From: an uncultured bacterium
GTDB lineage: Bacteria > Fidelibacterota > UBA2242
Direction of reading: 5' to 3'
NCBI GenBank assembly: GCA_964441235.1
Contig: CAYTUQ010000002.1
Span: forward strand, 96,110-160,109
DNA: 64,000 bases
Below, piece after piece: positions 1-10,316 of the stretch (positions are counted from its first letter, which is position 1; the number at the start of each line of letters is the position of its first letter). Below the pieces are notes generated by a model. The model worked only from the letters and a program-made list of their open reading frames with translations. It made no database searches and had not been told where the DNA came from. A program made the translations under genes and the position numbers.

Positions 1-479
1 GACTTATTGCCTGTGGATTCAATTTTTTTGACAATATGACCTATATCGTATGGCGCTATAAATTGCCCCTTTTTAATGTTCACAGGTTTGCCTGTTTTTC
101 CCGCTGCAACAAGCAGATCAGTTTGTCTGCATAAAAAAGCCGGGATTTGCAGAACATCCACAACTTCAGCCGCTGCCTCAGCGTGAGAGGGCAAATGTAT
201 GTCAGTTAATATAGGAAGACCAATTTGTTTTTTGACTTCAGATAAAATCTTTAATCCTTCGTCAAGACCGGGTCCTCTATAAGAATCTATTGATGTGCGG
301 TTTGCTTTGTCGTATGAAGATTTAAAGATAAGTGGAATGGATTCTTGTTCAGAAATCTTCTTTAGACTTTCAGCCATAAAGAGAGCATGATCAAGTCCCT
401 CGATAACACAGGGCCCCAAAATGAAAATCAATGGATACCCATCACCTATCGGGATTGATTTTACAGAAACATTATGCAT
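1..479 (-). CDS. kdsA: 2-dehydro-3-deoxyphosphooctonate aldolase (KDO-8-P synthase), N-terminal ~159 codons; gene runs off the window start
   Basis: Own minus-strand translation from ATG at 479: MHNVSVKSIPIGDGYPLIFILGPCVIEGLDHALFMAESLKKI...FKSSYDKANRTSIDSYRGPGLDEGLKIL...VVDVLQIPAFLCRQTDLL. This matches conserved KdsA blocks. It is absent from the ORF track because it is edge-truncated. Confidence 0.9.
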   Translation of the reverse strand, partial: MHNVSVKSIPIGDGYPLIFILGPCVIEGLDHALFMAESLKKISEQESIPLIFKSSYDKANRTSIDSYRGPGLDEGLKILSEVKKQIGLPILTDIHLPSHAEAAAEVVDVLQIPAFLCRQTDLLVAAGKTGKPVNIKKGQFIAPYDIGHIVKKIESTGNK

Positions 480-485
480 TATTTT

Positions 486-2135
486 TCAGTTTTTTTGATT
501 AAAATTTTTCCCACTTCTGCGATTATACTCAAGCGCTGCTCTCACAAAATCTCTAAATAGCGGATGAGCTCTCCCAATACGAGATTTTAATTCAGGATGA
601 AATTGACATGATACGAACCACGGATGGTTAGGTAGCTCAACCATTTCAACAAGGTCAAGTTCCTTATTCACAGCACCTACAGCCATTCCTGAATCTACAA
701 GTTTTTCCAGATAAAAGTTATTAATCTCATAGCGGTGTCTATGTCTTTCTGACAATTCTTTCTTGCTGTAAATTTTATAAGCTTTTGTCCCCTCGTTAAT
801 TTCTCCTGAGTAAGCTCCGAGCCTCATCGTACCACCCTTCGCCGAAATACGCTTCTGGTCTTCCATCAGGTCTATCACAGGATAAGGTGTATCAATATCA
901 AACTCTGTGCTATTTGCATTTTTCAATCCACACACATTCCTCGCAAATTCAATAACAGCACACTGCAAACCGAGACAAATCCCAAAAAAGGGGATGCCCT
1001 TTTCCCTGGCAATTTGTACAGCTAAAATTTTGCCTTTTATTCCTCTATCACCAAACCCACCTGGAATCAATAGTCCGTCTACATCTTTCAGCAATTCTTC
1101 AGGGGCACCACAATTGCTAAATTCTTCCGATTCAATCCACTTAATATTCACATGCGTATCGTTTTCAGCACCGGCATGAATAAAAGATTCTATAATCGAT
1201 TTATAGGCATCGTGTAATTGAGTATATTTACCACAAATACATACACTTACATTATTTGAGGGGTTCTTAATTTTATCAACGAACTTTTCCAACTGTTTAT
1301 AATTTGATTTCTTTGCTTGAAGTTTCAACAACTTCATAATTAAACCATCAAGTTCTTGCTTATGAAAAATCAGCGGTATTTCATAAATAGTTTCTGCATC
1401 AATTGCCTCAATCACAGCATCAGGAGATACATTACAGAAAAGGGCTATCTTCTTCCGTATTTCCTCAGTAAGGTTATACTTAGTTCTGCAAAGAAGTATG
1501 TCCGGTTGGATTCCAATCTCTCTAAGGCGCATTACACTATGCTGAGTAGGTTTAGTCTTTATCTCTCCACTTGATTCAATATAAGGGACAAGGGTTAAGT
1601 GTATATTGATACAATTTTCATGTCCCATCTCAAGCCTGAATTGCCTGATAGCTTCTAGAAATGGTAAACTTTCAATGTCACCTACTGTTCCTCCAACCTC
1701 AGTGATGACAATATCAAACAGTTTATCTCTATTTATTTTTACTATTCGTCTTTTAATTTCATCAGTTACATGAGGTATAATCTGAACTGTTGCTCCAAGA
1801 TAATCCCCTCTCCGTTCTCTATTTATCACTTCATTATAAACCTGACCGGTTGTAGTGTTATTGTCAGCGCTCATATCAATATCAATAAAACGTTCATAGT
1901 GTCCCAGGTCAAGGTCAGTTTCAGAACCATCTTCAAGAACAAAAACCTCTCCATGCTGGTATGGGCTCATTGTGCCGGGATCGATATTAATGTATGGATC
2001 AAATTTTTGGATTGTAACTTTAAAACCCAGGGATTTTAATAAATAACCGATTGATGCACAGGCGATTCCCTTCCCAAGTCCGGAAATTACACCACCAGTA
2101 ACGAAAATATATTTGGTCTCTTTTTCAGTCACCAT
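486..2135 (-). CDS. pyrG: CTP synthase
   Basis: 549 aa. N-terminal synthetase block [18 protein letters not shown]-terminal glutamine amidotransferase block FFGICLGLQ...HRHRYE. Confidence 0.97.
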   Translation of the reverse strand: MVTEKETKYIFVTGGVISGLGKGIACASIGYLLKSLGFKVTIQKFDPYINIDPGTMSPYQHGEVFVLEDGSETDLDLGHYERFIDIDMSADNNTTTGQVYNEVINRERRGDYLGATVQIIPHVTDEIKRRIVKINRDKLFDIVITEVGGTVGDIESLPFLEAIRQFRLEMGHENCINIHLTLVPYIESSGEIKTKPTQHSVMRLREIGIQPDILLCRTKYNLTEEIRKKIALFCNVSPDAVIEAIDAETIYEIPLIFHKQELDGLIMKLLKLQAKKSNYKQLEKFVDKIKNPSNNVSVCICGKYTQLHDAYKSIIESFIHAGAENDTHVNIKWIESEEFSNCGAPEELLKDVDGLLIPGGFGDRGIKGKILAVQIAREKGIPFFGICLGLQCAVIEFARNVCGLKNANSTEFDIDTPYPVIDLMEDQKRISAKGGTMRLGAYSGEINEGTKAYKIYSKKELSERHRHRYEINNFYLEKLVDSGMAVGAVNKELDLVEMVELPNHPWFVSCQFHPELKSRIGRAHPLFRDFVRAALEYNRRSGKNFNQKN

Positions 2136-2868
2136 TTTTCTTTAATACCTTTTCTGCTTCTTTTATATCTTCAGGTGTATCAATCCCAAAAGAATCTCCA
2201 TCTGTTACTATTACTTTTATGCTGTATCCATTTTCTAAAATTCTAAGCTGCTCCAACTGTTCCAGTTGTTCCAGATTAGAAACTGGCATTTCAATAAATC
2301 TCAATAAAAAATCCTTACGATAAATGTATAGTCCAATATGGACAAGCGCAGGATTATTAACAGTTGAACAACTGTTTGACCTTATGTATGGAATATTTTG
2401 ACGACTAAAGTAAATCGCTTCGCTTCTTCGATTTAACAATACTTTAACTATATTAGGATCATTTAATTCCGCTTCAGTAATCCCTGATCGTGCAGCAGTG
2501 CTAACAAGTAGATTGTCATTATTAACAAGAGATCTTATGCAATCATCAATTGTTTCATGTGAAAGGAAAGGCTCATCACCCTGTATATTAGCAACAATGT
2601 CATAATCATAGGATTTGGCTACATAAGCTACACGGTCAGTACCGGAAGGTAAATCAGATGGAGTTAGAATAGCTTTACCATTAAAAGATTCCACATGCTC
2701 TAATATCAGATTATCATCGGTCGCTACCACAAGTTCATTAATAAGTTCACTTTTCAACGCATTTTCATAAACTCTCTGGATAAGCGATTTCCCCTTCAAA
2801 ATTTTCAACGGTTTACCAAGCAATCGGGTGGAATTATAACGAGCGGGAATTATTCCAAGAACATTCAT
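2125..2868 (-). CDS. kdsB: 3-deoxy-manno-octulosonate cytidylyltransferase (CMP-KDO synthetase)
   Basis: 247 aa. GIIPARYNSTRLLGKPL N-terminus and IQGDEP motif typical of KdsB. Overlaps pyrG start and gatC stop. Confidence 0.93.
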   Translation of the reverse strand: MNVLGIIPARYNSTRLLGKPLKILKGKSLIQRVYENALKSELINELVVATDDNLILEHVESFNGKAILTPSDLPSGTDRVAYVAKSYDYDIVANIQGDEPFLSHETIDDCIRSLVNNDNLLVSTAARSGITEAELNDPNIVKVLLNRRSEAIYFSRQNIPYIRSNSCSTVNNPALVHIGLYIYRKDFLLRFIEMPVSNLEQLEQLEQLRILENGYSIKVIVTDGDSFGIDTPEDIKEAEKVLKKNGD

Positions 2869-3202
2869 TTAATCTTGCCCTTTCTCGGAATGGGGCCATA
2901 AGGAATAACTTTCGGAATACGGAAATATAAACTCTGTACCTCAGGAGAATTTTTTAATATATCTTCCCTTTTCAGAGATAGGAAATCCCTGCTCTCGCGA
3001 AATACATTAGTAACTTCTTGAACATTTGATACCAGTTTAATTTTTTCTATTTTTACCTTATTAAAGTTCTTCATATATCCAAGAATTTGACCAATTTGTT
3101 CTGTATGTTTTTTTCTTCATATGTAAAAATAAGTCCTGCTAATCTCTCTATTTTCTCTACTGATTTTTCATCTATTTCTATATTCCCCTTTTCACTAATC
3201 AT
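2865..3202 (-). pseudogene. gatC: Asp/Glu-tRNA amidotransferase subunit C, split into a 43-codon ORF (3071..3202) and the 69-aa track ORF (2865..3074) by a 1-nt frame change in an A7 run (T7 on + strand, 3108..3114)
   Basis: ORF1 (own translation): MISEKGNIEIDEKSVEKIERLAGLIFTYEEKNIQNKLVKFLDI*. The other frame continues ..KKHTEQIGQILGYMKNFNKVKIEKIKLVSNVQEVTNVFRESRDFLSLKREDILKNSPEVQSLYFRIPKVI. Joined, they align along the whole length with GatC (B. subtilis ..[49 protein letters not shown]). Confidence 0.75.
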
Positions 3203-3398
3203 TTTTGCCGGGACAATTTACAGATTTTGATACGCTAAATCAAGCGAGGCGAGAGCAAATATTTTGCCATAATAAGAAACAAGACCAAATTAGCTTCTCC
3301 ACATTAAGGAACAAAACCAATTTAGCTCCGCGGAAATTGGTTTGTTGATTCTATTCTATTTATAGAAAAAATTTATTATTTCAGAGCAGTAAAATATA

Positions 3399-3529
3399 TT
3401 AACCCTACTACGTAACTTTACCTAGACGGGTCTCCGAAAAATTTAATGTACCAAATGTAGTATTTACAATTGCTAGTTGGTACTATATCAGGCATTTGCC
3501 TGATTTACTAAATGACGTTGTAGGGTTAA
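3399..3529. repeat. 131-nt element closed by a 15-bp inverted repeat (TTAACCCTACTACGT / ACGTTGTAGGGTTAA, 1 mismatch) with two internal hairpins; MITE or structured RNA
   Basis: Read directly. Internal hairpins are GTACCAA..TTGGTAC and ATCAGGCA-TT-TGCCTGAT. No second copy seen in the window. Confidence 0.5.
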
Positions 3530-3544
3530 CATCTATTAGCTTTT

Positions 3545-3608
3545 ACCCCGTGAAATATTTCGTTCATCCAACTACTTATTATTTTTTTATTCTGTTATTT
3601 CACGGGGT
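3545..3608. other. Long hairpin: perfect 13-bp stem ACCCCGTGAAATA / TATTTCACGGGGT with a 38-nt AT-rich loop
   Basis: Read directly. Lies in the 620-bp gap between the ABC permease stop and gatC. No U-tract, so it is not an obvious terminator. Confidence 0.5.
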
Positions 3609-3826
3609 GAATTTGCGGTTGAACAAATCATTATCTAAAACCAATTTGATGGTCTCGTAAAAAGTAACAATAAAAATTGCTAAAATAAAATAAACTCTTG
3701 TAATTATATGGTTTATGAGCATTCAATGTAAATACTTGTTTTTTTAAATAATTCTTAGCGTCTTGGCGTCTTTGCGGTGACTTTTTACGATTGTATCCAA
3801 TTTAGTTTCACAGAAATTGGTTTGTT

Positions 3827-5050
3827 TTATTCATACCTTAGTGCTTCAATAGGATCAAGCCGAGCCGCTTTCATAGCGGGATAAACACCAAAAACCACCC
3901 CTATGAGCATCGAAAAACCTATCCCCAGAAAAATAGACCACACAGGTATTGTTGGTGGTAATTTTAATGCTGCACTGATAAGAAGTCCGACAACAACACC
4001 TAAAACAACACCGATTATTCCACCAAATATACAGATGCCTACTGATTCGGTCATAAATTGGAATAATATGTGTTTTCGCTTTGCACCAATAGCTTTTCTT
4101 ATTCCAATTTCTCTGGTACGCTCAGTCACGGAAACCAACATAATGTTCATAATACCAATTCCGCCTACCAGCAGCGATATTCCGCATATTACAACTGCAG
4201 CAATAAAGACAAATCCAGTTAAATTTTTCAGGGTATCCATAATAGAATCTTGAGTAACGATCTCAAAGTCGTTTTCTACACCGGGTGGTACCTTTCTTGC
4301 AATACGCAAAGCGGATATAGTTTGATCAATCGCCTCTGGAATTTGCTCAGCGCTCTTTGCTTTAATACCAATATTGATAGTTCGCTTTGTACCAAATACT
4401 TTCGTAAATGTAGAATAAGGAATTGAGACAAGGTTATCCTGACTACTTCCAAATATTTTGCCTTTTTTATCAATTACACCGACGACCTCAAATCTAACAT
4501 TTCCTATCTTTATTTCCTCGCCAACAGGATAAGAAAAAGGAAATAATTTCTCGACAATATCACTGCCTATAACTGCAACATATCTTTTATGGTATATATC
4601 ATCTTTAGTAAAAAGTCGTCCCTCGCTAATATACCTATCATTCACTTCTGCCCAACTCTCATCACCACCATATATTACGATGTTGGGATTCGTTGACTCT
4701 TCTTTATATTTTATTTGCTTACCCCAAGTATAAAACTCAGGTGAGACAGCATCAACATCCGGCGCAAGAAGTTTTATTTTTTGAGCTTGCTCTACTGTCA
4801 GGTTCTTACGATTTCTATACTTTCTATCTAAATGACCGAGCTGTACCGCAGGATATTTCTGAACCCAGAAGACATTTCCTCCAACAGCAGATAGAGTTTG
4901 CGTCATATGCCTTTCAAGAGCATTAATAATTGACATCATCCCTATCACTGCCATCACTCCGATAACAATACCGAGAGTTGTCAGAAATGTCCGAAGTTTA
5001 TTATTCCTAACTGTTTGAAAAGCGAGTCTTAATCCTTCTTCAAAATTCAT
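3827..5050 (-). CDS. ABC transporter permease, FtsX/MacB family
   Basis: 407 aa. N-terminal TM, large periplasmic MacB-like domain, C-terminal FtsX-type 3-TM bundle (RTREIGIRKAIGAKR). Paralog of the upstream permease. Confidence 0.9.
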   Translation of the reverse strand: MNFEEGLRLAFQTVRNNKLRTFLTTLGIVIGVMAVIGMMSIINALERHMTQTLSAVGGNVFWVQKYPAVQLGHLDRKYRNRKNLTVEQAQKIKLLAPDVDAVSPEFYTWGKQIKYKEESTNPNIVIYGGDESWAEVNDRYISEGRLFTKDDIYHKRYVAVIGSDIVEKLFPFSYPVGEEIKIGNVRFEVVGVIDKKGKIFGSSQDNLVSIPYSTFTKVFGTKRTINIGIKAKSAEQIPEAIDQTISALRIARKVPPGVENDFEIVTQDSIMDTLKNLTGFVFIAAVVICGISLLVGGIGIMNIMLVSVTERTREIGIRKAIGAKRKHILFQFMTESVGICIFGGIIGVVLGVVVGLLISAALKLPPTIPVWSIFLGIGFSMLIGVVFGVYPAMKAARLDPIEALRYE

Positions 5051-5178
5051 AATTGTTCAATTTAAATTTTTATAAAGTCGAAACTTGAGTCAAGTCCGCT
5101 AAAAAAATTCTTTCATAATTCACAGACCTTTCAAACGTACTTAACTTAAGTTTCAAAATCCTACTCCAATTATTATTT

Positions 5179-6408
5179 TTATTCATAATGCAAACATTCT
5201 ATCGGATCGAGTTTGGCTGCTTTGCGAGCAGGATAAATTCCAAAAAATAGACCAACAAAAGTAGAGAAACCCAGACCCATAAAAATTGACCATAAAGGTA
5301 CCGAAGATGGGAAAGGCGTAACTTTATCGATTAAAATTGAAAATAAAAAACTAAGTAGTATCGCTATTAAACCTCCAACACTGCAAATAATTATTGACTC
5401 GATAATAAATTGAAATGTGATTATAGACCGTTTTGCACCCAAAGCTTTACGTATTCCAATTTCCTTCCTTCTTTCAGCAACTGAAACCAGCATAATGTTC
5501 ATAATCCCTATACCACCAACCAGCAGAGAAAGCACACCAATTCCTATAGCAGCAGTATATAAACCACCAGTTAGTTTATTGTACATTTCAGTAAGCGCTT
5601 CTTGTTGATTAATAGAAAAATTGTCTTCCTCGTGAGGCTTTAATTTTCTTGATATCCTCATTAAAAAACGGAGTTCATCTATAGCTGACTCTATCATAGA
5701 GGGATTTTCAACTTTCACCGTTATTTGTATACTTCTGTGGAATCCAAAATTTTTGAATATAGACCCAATCGGAACATATACCTCCGAATCAAGGCTATGT
5801 CCAAATATACTGCCCCTTTTTTCCATTACACCAATAACAGTATATGGAATAGTACCAATTCTAATCTTTTCACCAATAGGATATCGGTTCTTGAAAAGCT
5901 TATCTTTAATTTCGTAGCCAATCACTACATTATTTTTATTTTTTGAGATTTCCAAAGGAGTAAAATATCGTCCATCTTCAATGTTATAACCTTCAATTTT
6001 TTCTGTTTCCATTGTTACGCCAGTAACACCGATTGCAGTAAGTGAATTTTCCCTATATTTTATACTCTGCCTTGTACCTGTTGCCGGTGCAATTGCTTCA
6101 GCATTTTTCATATATTCTTGAACATACTTAGCGTCTTTCATAGTAATATTCGGACGGTTACGATATTTAAACCAATCGTTTCCAGCAACCCAGGGATATT
6201 TCTGTACGTATATTGTATTACTTCCAATATTTGCGATTTGACTGGCGAAACCTTCATTCAGTCCCTCAATAATCGAGGCCACGGAGACAACTGTTAGTAC
6301 ACCTATAATTATCCCAAGCGTGGTGAGTATTGCTCTCATCTTGTTTTGAGCAAGAGCACGAAGAGCAATAAGTACACTTTCCCAGAGTTTAATAAGAAAT
6401 GAAATCAA
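5179..6408 (-). CDS. ABC transporter permease, FtsX/MacB family
   Basis: 409 aa with the same architecture ([15 protein letters not shown]). Start overlaps the ATPase stop by 4 nt. Confidence 0.9.
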   Translation of the reverse strand: MISFLIKLWESVLIALRALAQNKMRAILTTLGIIIGVLTVVSVASIIEGLNEGFASQIANIGSNTIYVQKYPWVAGNDWFKYRNRPNITMKDAKYVQEYMKNAEAIAPATGTRQSIKYRENSLTAIGVTGVTMETEKIEGYNIEDGRYFTPLEISKNKNNVVIGYEIKDKLFKNRYPIGEKIRIGTIPYTVIGVMEKRGSIFGHSLDSEVYVPIGSIFKNFGFHRSIQITVKVENPSMIESAIDELRFLMRISRKLKPHEEDNFSINQQEALTEMYNKLTGGLYTAAIGIGVLSLLVGGIGIMNIMLVSVAERRKEIGIRKALGAKRSIITFQFIIESIIICSVGGLIAILLSFLFSILIDKVTPFPSSVPLWSIFMGLGFSTFVGLFFGIYPARKAAKLDPIECLHYE

Positions 6409-7097
6409 TTCTCTTCCAACTGTAAATCATTAGCAATATTTCCATCAAGAATATGGACTATACGATCTGCCCGTTCAGCAATGTATTTCTCATGAGTAAC
6501 AACAATTATTGTATTTCCTGCTCTGTTGAGTTTACTAAAAATACTCATGATTTCTTCACCTGTTTTTGAATCAAGGTTACCAGTGGGTTCATCAGCCAAA
6601 ATGAGTGAAGGATTGTTAACCAGCGCTCTTGCAATAGCTACACGCTGGCGCTGTCCACCTGAGAGTTCATTGGGACGGTGATTCTTTCTGTCAGAAAGTC
6701 CTACTTTATCCAATGCTTCTTCAGCAATCACTTTTCGTTTTGATGCGTGAACTCCACTGTAAATCAAAGGAAGTTCCACATTATGCAAAGCACTTGCCCT
6801 GGGAAGAAGATTAAATGTCTGAAAAACAAATCCGATTTTCCTATTTCTTATCTCAGCAAGGTGATCATCATTCATCTCATGAACGGGGGTATCTTCCAGC
6901 TTATAGATACCGGAAGTCGGCGAATCCAAACAGCCAATAATATTCATCAGAGTAGATTTTCCAGACCCTGATGGTCCCATTATAGAAATGTACTCATTGC
7001 GTTGGATTTGGAGGTCCACTCCCCTTAGAGCATGAACCTCCACAGCACCAACTTGATATGTTTTAACAATTTTTTTAAGATTGATAAGAGTATCCAT
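6405..7097 (-). CDS. ABC transporter ATP-binding protein (MacB/LolD-type)
   Basis: 230 aa. Walker [10 protein letters not shown], signature LSGGQRQR, Walker B LILADEPT. Confidence 0.95.
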   Translation of the reverse strand: MDTLINLKKIVKTYQVGAVEVHALRGVDLQIQRNEYISIMGPSGSGKSTLMNIIGCLDSPTSGIYKLEDTPVHEMNDDHLAEIRNRKIGFVFQTFNLLPRASALHNVELPLIYSGVHASKRKVIAEEALDKVGLSDRKNHRPNELSGGQRQRVAIARALVNNPSLILADEPTGNLDSKTGEEIMSIFSKLNRAGNTIIVVTHEKYIAERADRIVHILDGNIANDLQLEEN

Positions 7098-7855
7098 TAT
7101 CCACCAAAATAGACATTAAAGCGGTAAATCACATTTGAAAAATCAATATCCGGAACACCACTTACTCTTTTCCCTTCCATCTTCCAACCGTTCTGATCAA
7201 CTTTACAATATATGTATCCCACATTAACCCCTACTGCACACCAGCGAAAAATATTATAGCGAAAACCAATTGTGGGTAAAAGAGTAATAAAATCACTTGT
7301 CAGCTTTGTCTGGTAATCATTAAAATTCGTGAAAGAAGTATCTGAAGTAACTGAATAACCATTTTCCCATATTTCACCCCATCTTACAGGACCACTCCAT
7401 TTTACTATATCTAATGTGGTACTTCCACCGCCAATCATTGTACCAATATAAAATTCTGAATTATTAAATGGGTGAAATGCTTTCTCAATAGTAAAACCTC
7501 CAAATCCCAAAGAAAGAGTAATTTCTTTAGCATTTGCTCCTGATACATCTGGCTGCCCGTTAGAAACAACAAACCCGCCAGCACCTAAACCTCCTAAACG
7601 AATACTTTTGCCAACATATCCCCAGCCGCCGCCACCGGTGAGGAATATATTATCACTAAAACCTTCTAAGTCAATACCTATCAACTCATTGTTAATACCG
7701 TCTATCTGTAACGGTAACATATAGACATCAAATCCGCCAGCGCCGCCTCTAAAAAAGCCGTGTTTGTGTTTACTTCTCCAGCTATCACCTTTATCAGAAG
7801 CTAATAAAGAACTTCCAATCAATAAAACAAGCAAAATTGATAAAACTTTTTTCAT
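7097..7855 (-). CDS. Secreted Gly-rich hypothetical protein, candidate small outer-membrane beta-barrel (paralog A)
   Basis: 252 aa. Signal peptide [19 protein letters not shown]. GGxGG tracts and alternating-hydrophobic strands. C-terminus ..[11 protein letters not shown]. Stop overlaps the ATPase start by 1 nt. Confidence 0.75.
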   Translation of the reverse strand: MKKVLSILLVLLIGSSLLASDKGDSWRSKHKHGFFRGGAGGFDVYMLPLQIDGINNELIGIDLEGFSDNIFLTGGGGWGYVGKSIRLGGLGAGGFVVSNGQPDVSGANAKEITLSLGFGGFTIEKAFHPFNNSEFYIGTMIGGGSTTLDIVKWSGPVRWGEIWENGYSVTSDTSFTNFNDYQTKLTSDFITLLPTIGFRYNIFRWCAVGVNVGYIYCKVDQNGWKMEGKRVSGVPDIDFSNVIYRFNVYFGG

Positions 7856-7979
7856 TTTGCACCCCTTTCGTTTTTATTCATAATGTTAAAACTTAATCAA
7901 AGACCTTTAAGAGTGTATAATTCACTTATACTACCATCGTATATTTCCAAATACACTTTTCAAATAAAAAAACGGCATA

Positions 7980-9005
7980 TTATACACCGAAATAGACATT
8001 AAAACGGTAGATTACATGTGAAAAATCAATGTCTGGAACGCCATATACTCTCTTGCCTTCCATCTCCCAGCCATTCTGATCAACTTTACAATACATGTAT
8101 CCTATATTGACCCCTACTGCACACCAGCGAAAAATATTGTAGCGAAAACCGATAGTGGGTAAAAGAGTAATAAAATCACTTTCTATTTTTGTCTGGTAAT
8201 CATTAAAATTTGTAAAAGAAGTATCTGAAGAGACTGAATAACCGTTGTCCCATATTTCTCTCCATTTTGCCGGCCCACTCCATTTCACTATGTTTAATTT
8301 AGCGCTCCCACGACCTATCATTGTACCGATGTAAAATTCTGATTTATTAAATGGGTGAAATGCTTTCTCAATAGTAAAACCTCCAAATCCTAAAGAGAGT
8401 TTAATTTCCTTAGCATTTGCTCCCGAAATTTCAGGCTTTCCACTAGAAACAACCGAGCCACCACCACCTAAACCTCCTAAACGGATACCATTGCCGACAT
8501 ATCCCCAGCCGCCACCACCGGAAAGGAACATATTATCATCAAAGCCTTTTAAGCCAATTCCTATCAATTCATTGTTAATACCATCTATCTGTAATGGTAA
8601 CATATAGGCATCCCAGCCGCCAGCACCCCCTTTAAAATAGCCGCGTTTTTTCTTACTTTCATCTTCTTTGCCTTTTTCATCTTGCAGACTGTTATAATAC
8701 TCTTCCTTATATGAATCAGACATTTTTGATAAAAAGTCCCATAAAGTCATGCCTTGCTCTTCTTCATCTTTATTCCACTCTCTATCTTCTTCCCACTCCT
8801 CTTCCTCTTTTTCATCTGCCAACAAAGTATCTTGATCTTGTTCTTTAATAATTTCAGATTCAATATCCTCACCGGTAACTGTTAGTGTATCTTGTTCTAA
8901 TTGTGCAAACGACAATTCAGAAGAATGAATATCGTTATTTTTATCACTTGCGAACAAAAATACCCCGAACATTAAAATCAATATTAATGAAAAGATTCGT
9001 TTCAT
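7980..9005 (-). CDS. Secreted Gly-rich hypothetical protein with an acidic N-terminal extension (paralog B)
   Basis: 341 aa. The C-terminal ~215 aa are close to identical to 7097..7855 by eye. An extra ~110-aa D/E-rich segment follows the signal peptide. Start overlaps the MFP stop by 4 nt. Confidence 0.75.
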   Translation of the reverse strand: MKRIFSLILILMFGVFLFASDKNNDIHSSELSFAQLEQDTLTVTGEDIESEIIKEQDQDTLLADEKEEEEWEEDREWNKDEEEQGMTLWDFLSKMSDSYKEEYYNSLQDEKGKEDESKKKRGYFKGGAGGWDAYMLPLQIDGINNELIGIGLKGFDDNMFLSGGGGWGYVGNGIRLGGLGGGGSVVSSGKPEISGANAKEIKLSLGFGGFTIEKAFHPFNKSEFYIGTMIGRGSAKLNIVKWSGPAKWREIWDNGYSVSSDTSFTNFNDYQTKIESDFITLLPTIGFRYNIFRWCAVGVNIGYMYCKVDQNGWEMEGKRVYGVPDIDFSHVIYRFNVYFGV

Positions 9006-10300
9006 TTTCTTTCCCCCTTCTCTTTTGTTTCCTTGGTAATTTTAAGAGGTGAATTGTCCTCTAATTCTTTACTAATTGCTTTATAACTTCCAACTACAAT
9101 TTCTTCACCTTCTTCCAAACCTTTTATTATTTCGAAATGAGTATCACTACTAATGCCAATTTTGACAGCCCGCTGTTCAGCTCTCGGAACAATTTTCCTT
9201 TTAAAAATTGTCTTTTTCGGATTATCTTCAATATCTGGATTTTTTACAACGAATATTACCTCTTCACTCTTTCCCTTTTTTAAAGAAATATTTTCTTTAG
9301 AAGAACCCTGGTCTTGGGACTCGGATTTACCTACAGATTTATTTTTATCTTCCAATAATTTCGGTTTACGTACCGTTAATGATTGAATAGGAACCACAAT
9401 AGCGCTATCTCGAACTTCGGTAATAATATCAACTGTCGAAGACATACCCGGACGAAAACGCTTGTCCTGTCCAATAACAGAGACCTCAACCTCAAAATTT
9501 GTAACCTGCTCTTGCGTGCCAAGCCCACGTGTTGTCGCACTATGAGCAATTTCCGATACCACTCCCTTAAAAACAGTGTCGGGAATAGCATCAATTTCGA
9601 TATTTGATGTGTCTCCAATATTTACATTAACTACATCAGTTTCATCTACTTCTACTTTGACCTTCATTTTAGACATGTCGGAAATAATCAATATTACATC
9701 TTCCTGAAATACTGACCCAAGAGCTATCTCCCCAATTTCCTTCTGGAGACTCGTAACGATGCCGTCCATTGGAGCTTCAATGCGAGTTTTATTAAGATCA
9801 TCAAGCGCCTGCTTGAGCATTGCCTCTGATTGAACAACCTGACTCTCTGCCAGCTCGTTCTGCGCAATTGCTGCTTCTAATTCTGCTTCGGAAGTCAAAC
9901 CGTTATCATAGAGAGCTTTAATCCTCTTTAAATCACTTCTTACCTTTTTCCTGTTCGCTTTGTTAGACTCCACAACTGAAAGCGATCTTTCATAAGCAGC
10001 TTCATATTGAGTTCTATCAAGTTCCACTAAAAGATCACCTTTCTTGACAGTATCACCTTCTTCAACTGCTATATTAATAATTCTGGCACTAACATTAGCA
10101 CTTATTTTCACCTGCGTAATAGGAATAAGAGAACCCGAAGCGTTTACAGTTTGGACTATTCTATCTTTTTTCACTTTGTCTATCTGAACAGGAATAGGTT
10201 TCTCTTTATCTTTCGTAGAATTAAATACAATAAAAACTCCAATAATAATTACTATGACTACAAGGATAATAATTTTCTTGCGATTTTTTTTCTTCATCAA
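9002..10300 (-). CDS. Efflux transporter periplasmic adaptor (HlyD/MacA membrane-fusion family)
   Basis: 432 aa. N-terminal TM anchor, lipoyl-like and coiled-coil hairpin segments (QYEAAYERSL...QNELAESQVVQSEAMLKQALDDLNKTRIEAPMDGIV). Confidence 0.9.
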   Translation of the reverse strand: MMKKKNRKKIIILVVIVIIIGVFIVFNSTKDKEKPIPVQIDKVKKDRIVQTVNASGSLIPITQVKISANVSARIINIAVEEGDTVKKGDLLVELDRTQYEAAYERSLSVVESNKANRKKVRSDLKRIKALYDNGLTSEAELEAAIAQNELAESQVVQSEAMLKQALDDLNKTRIEAPMDGIVTSLQKEIGEIALGSVFQEDVILIISDMSKMKVKVEVDETDVVNVNIGDTSNIEIDAIPDTVFKGVVSEIAHSATTRGLGTQEQVTNFEVEVSVIGQDKRFRPGMSSTVDIITEVRDSAIVVPIQSLTVRKPKLLEDKNKSVGKSESQDQGSSKENISLKKGKSEEVIFVVKNPDIEDNPKKTIFKRKIVPRAEQRAVKIGISSDTHFEIIKGLEEGEEIVVGSYKAISKELEDNSPLKITKETKEKGERK

Positions 10301-10316
10301 AATACCTCAACTTTCT

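Noticed and set aside
907-2039. Plus-strand ORFs 907..1179, 1356..1574 and 1770..2039. Analogous antisense ORFs occur inside other long genes, e.g. 3903..4253, 10406..10849, 17791..18276, 41540..42440, 49694..50238 and 61912..62226.
   Set aside because: All lie antisense within well-supported conserved genes (pyrG, permeases, TolC, ldcA, TonB receptor, gltX, metal permease). Their translations are low-complexity or unrecognisable, which is typical of shadow ORFs.
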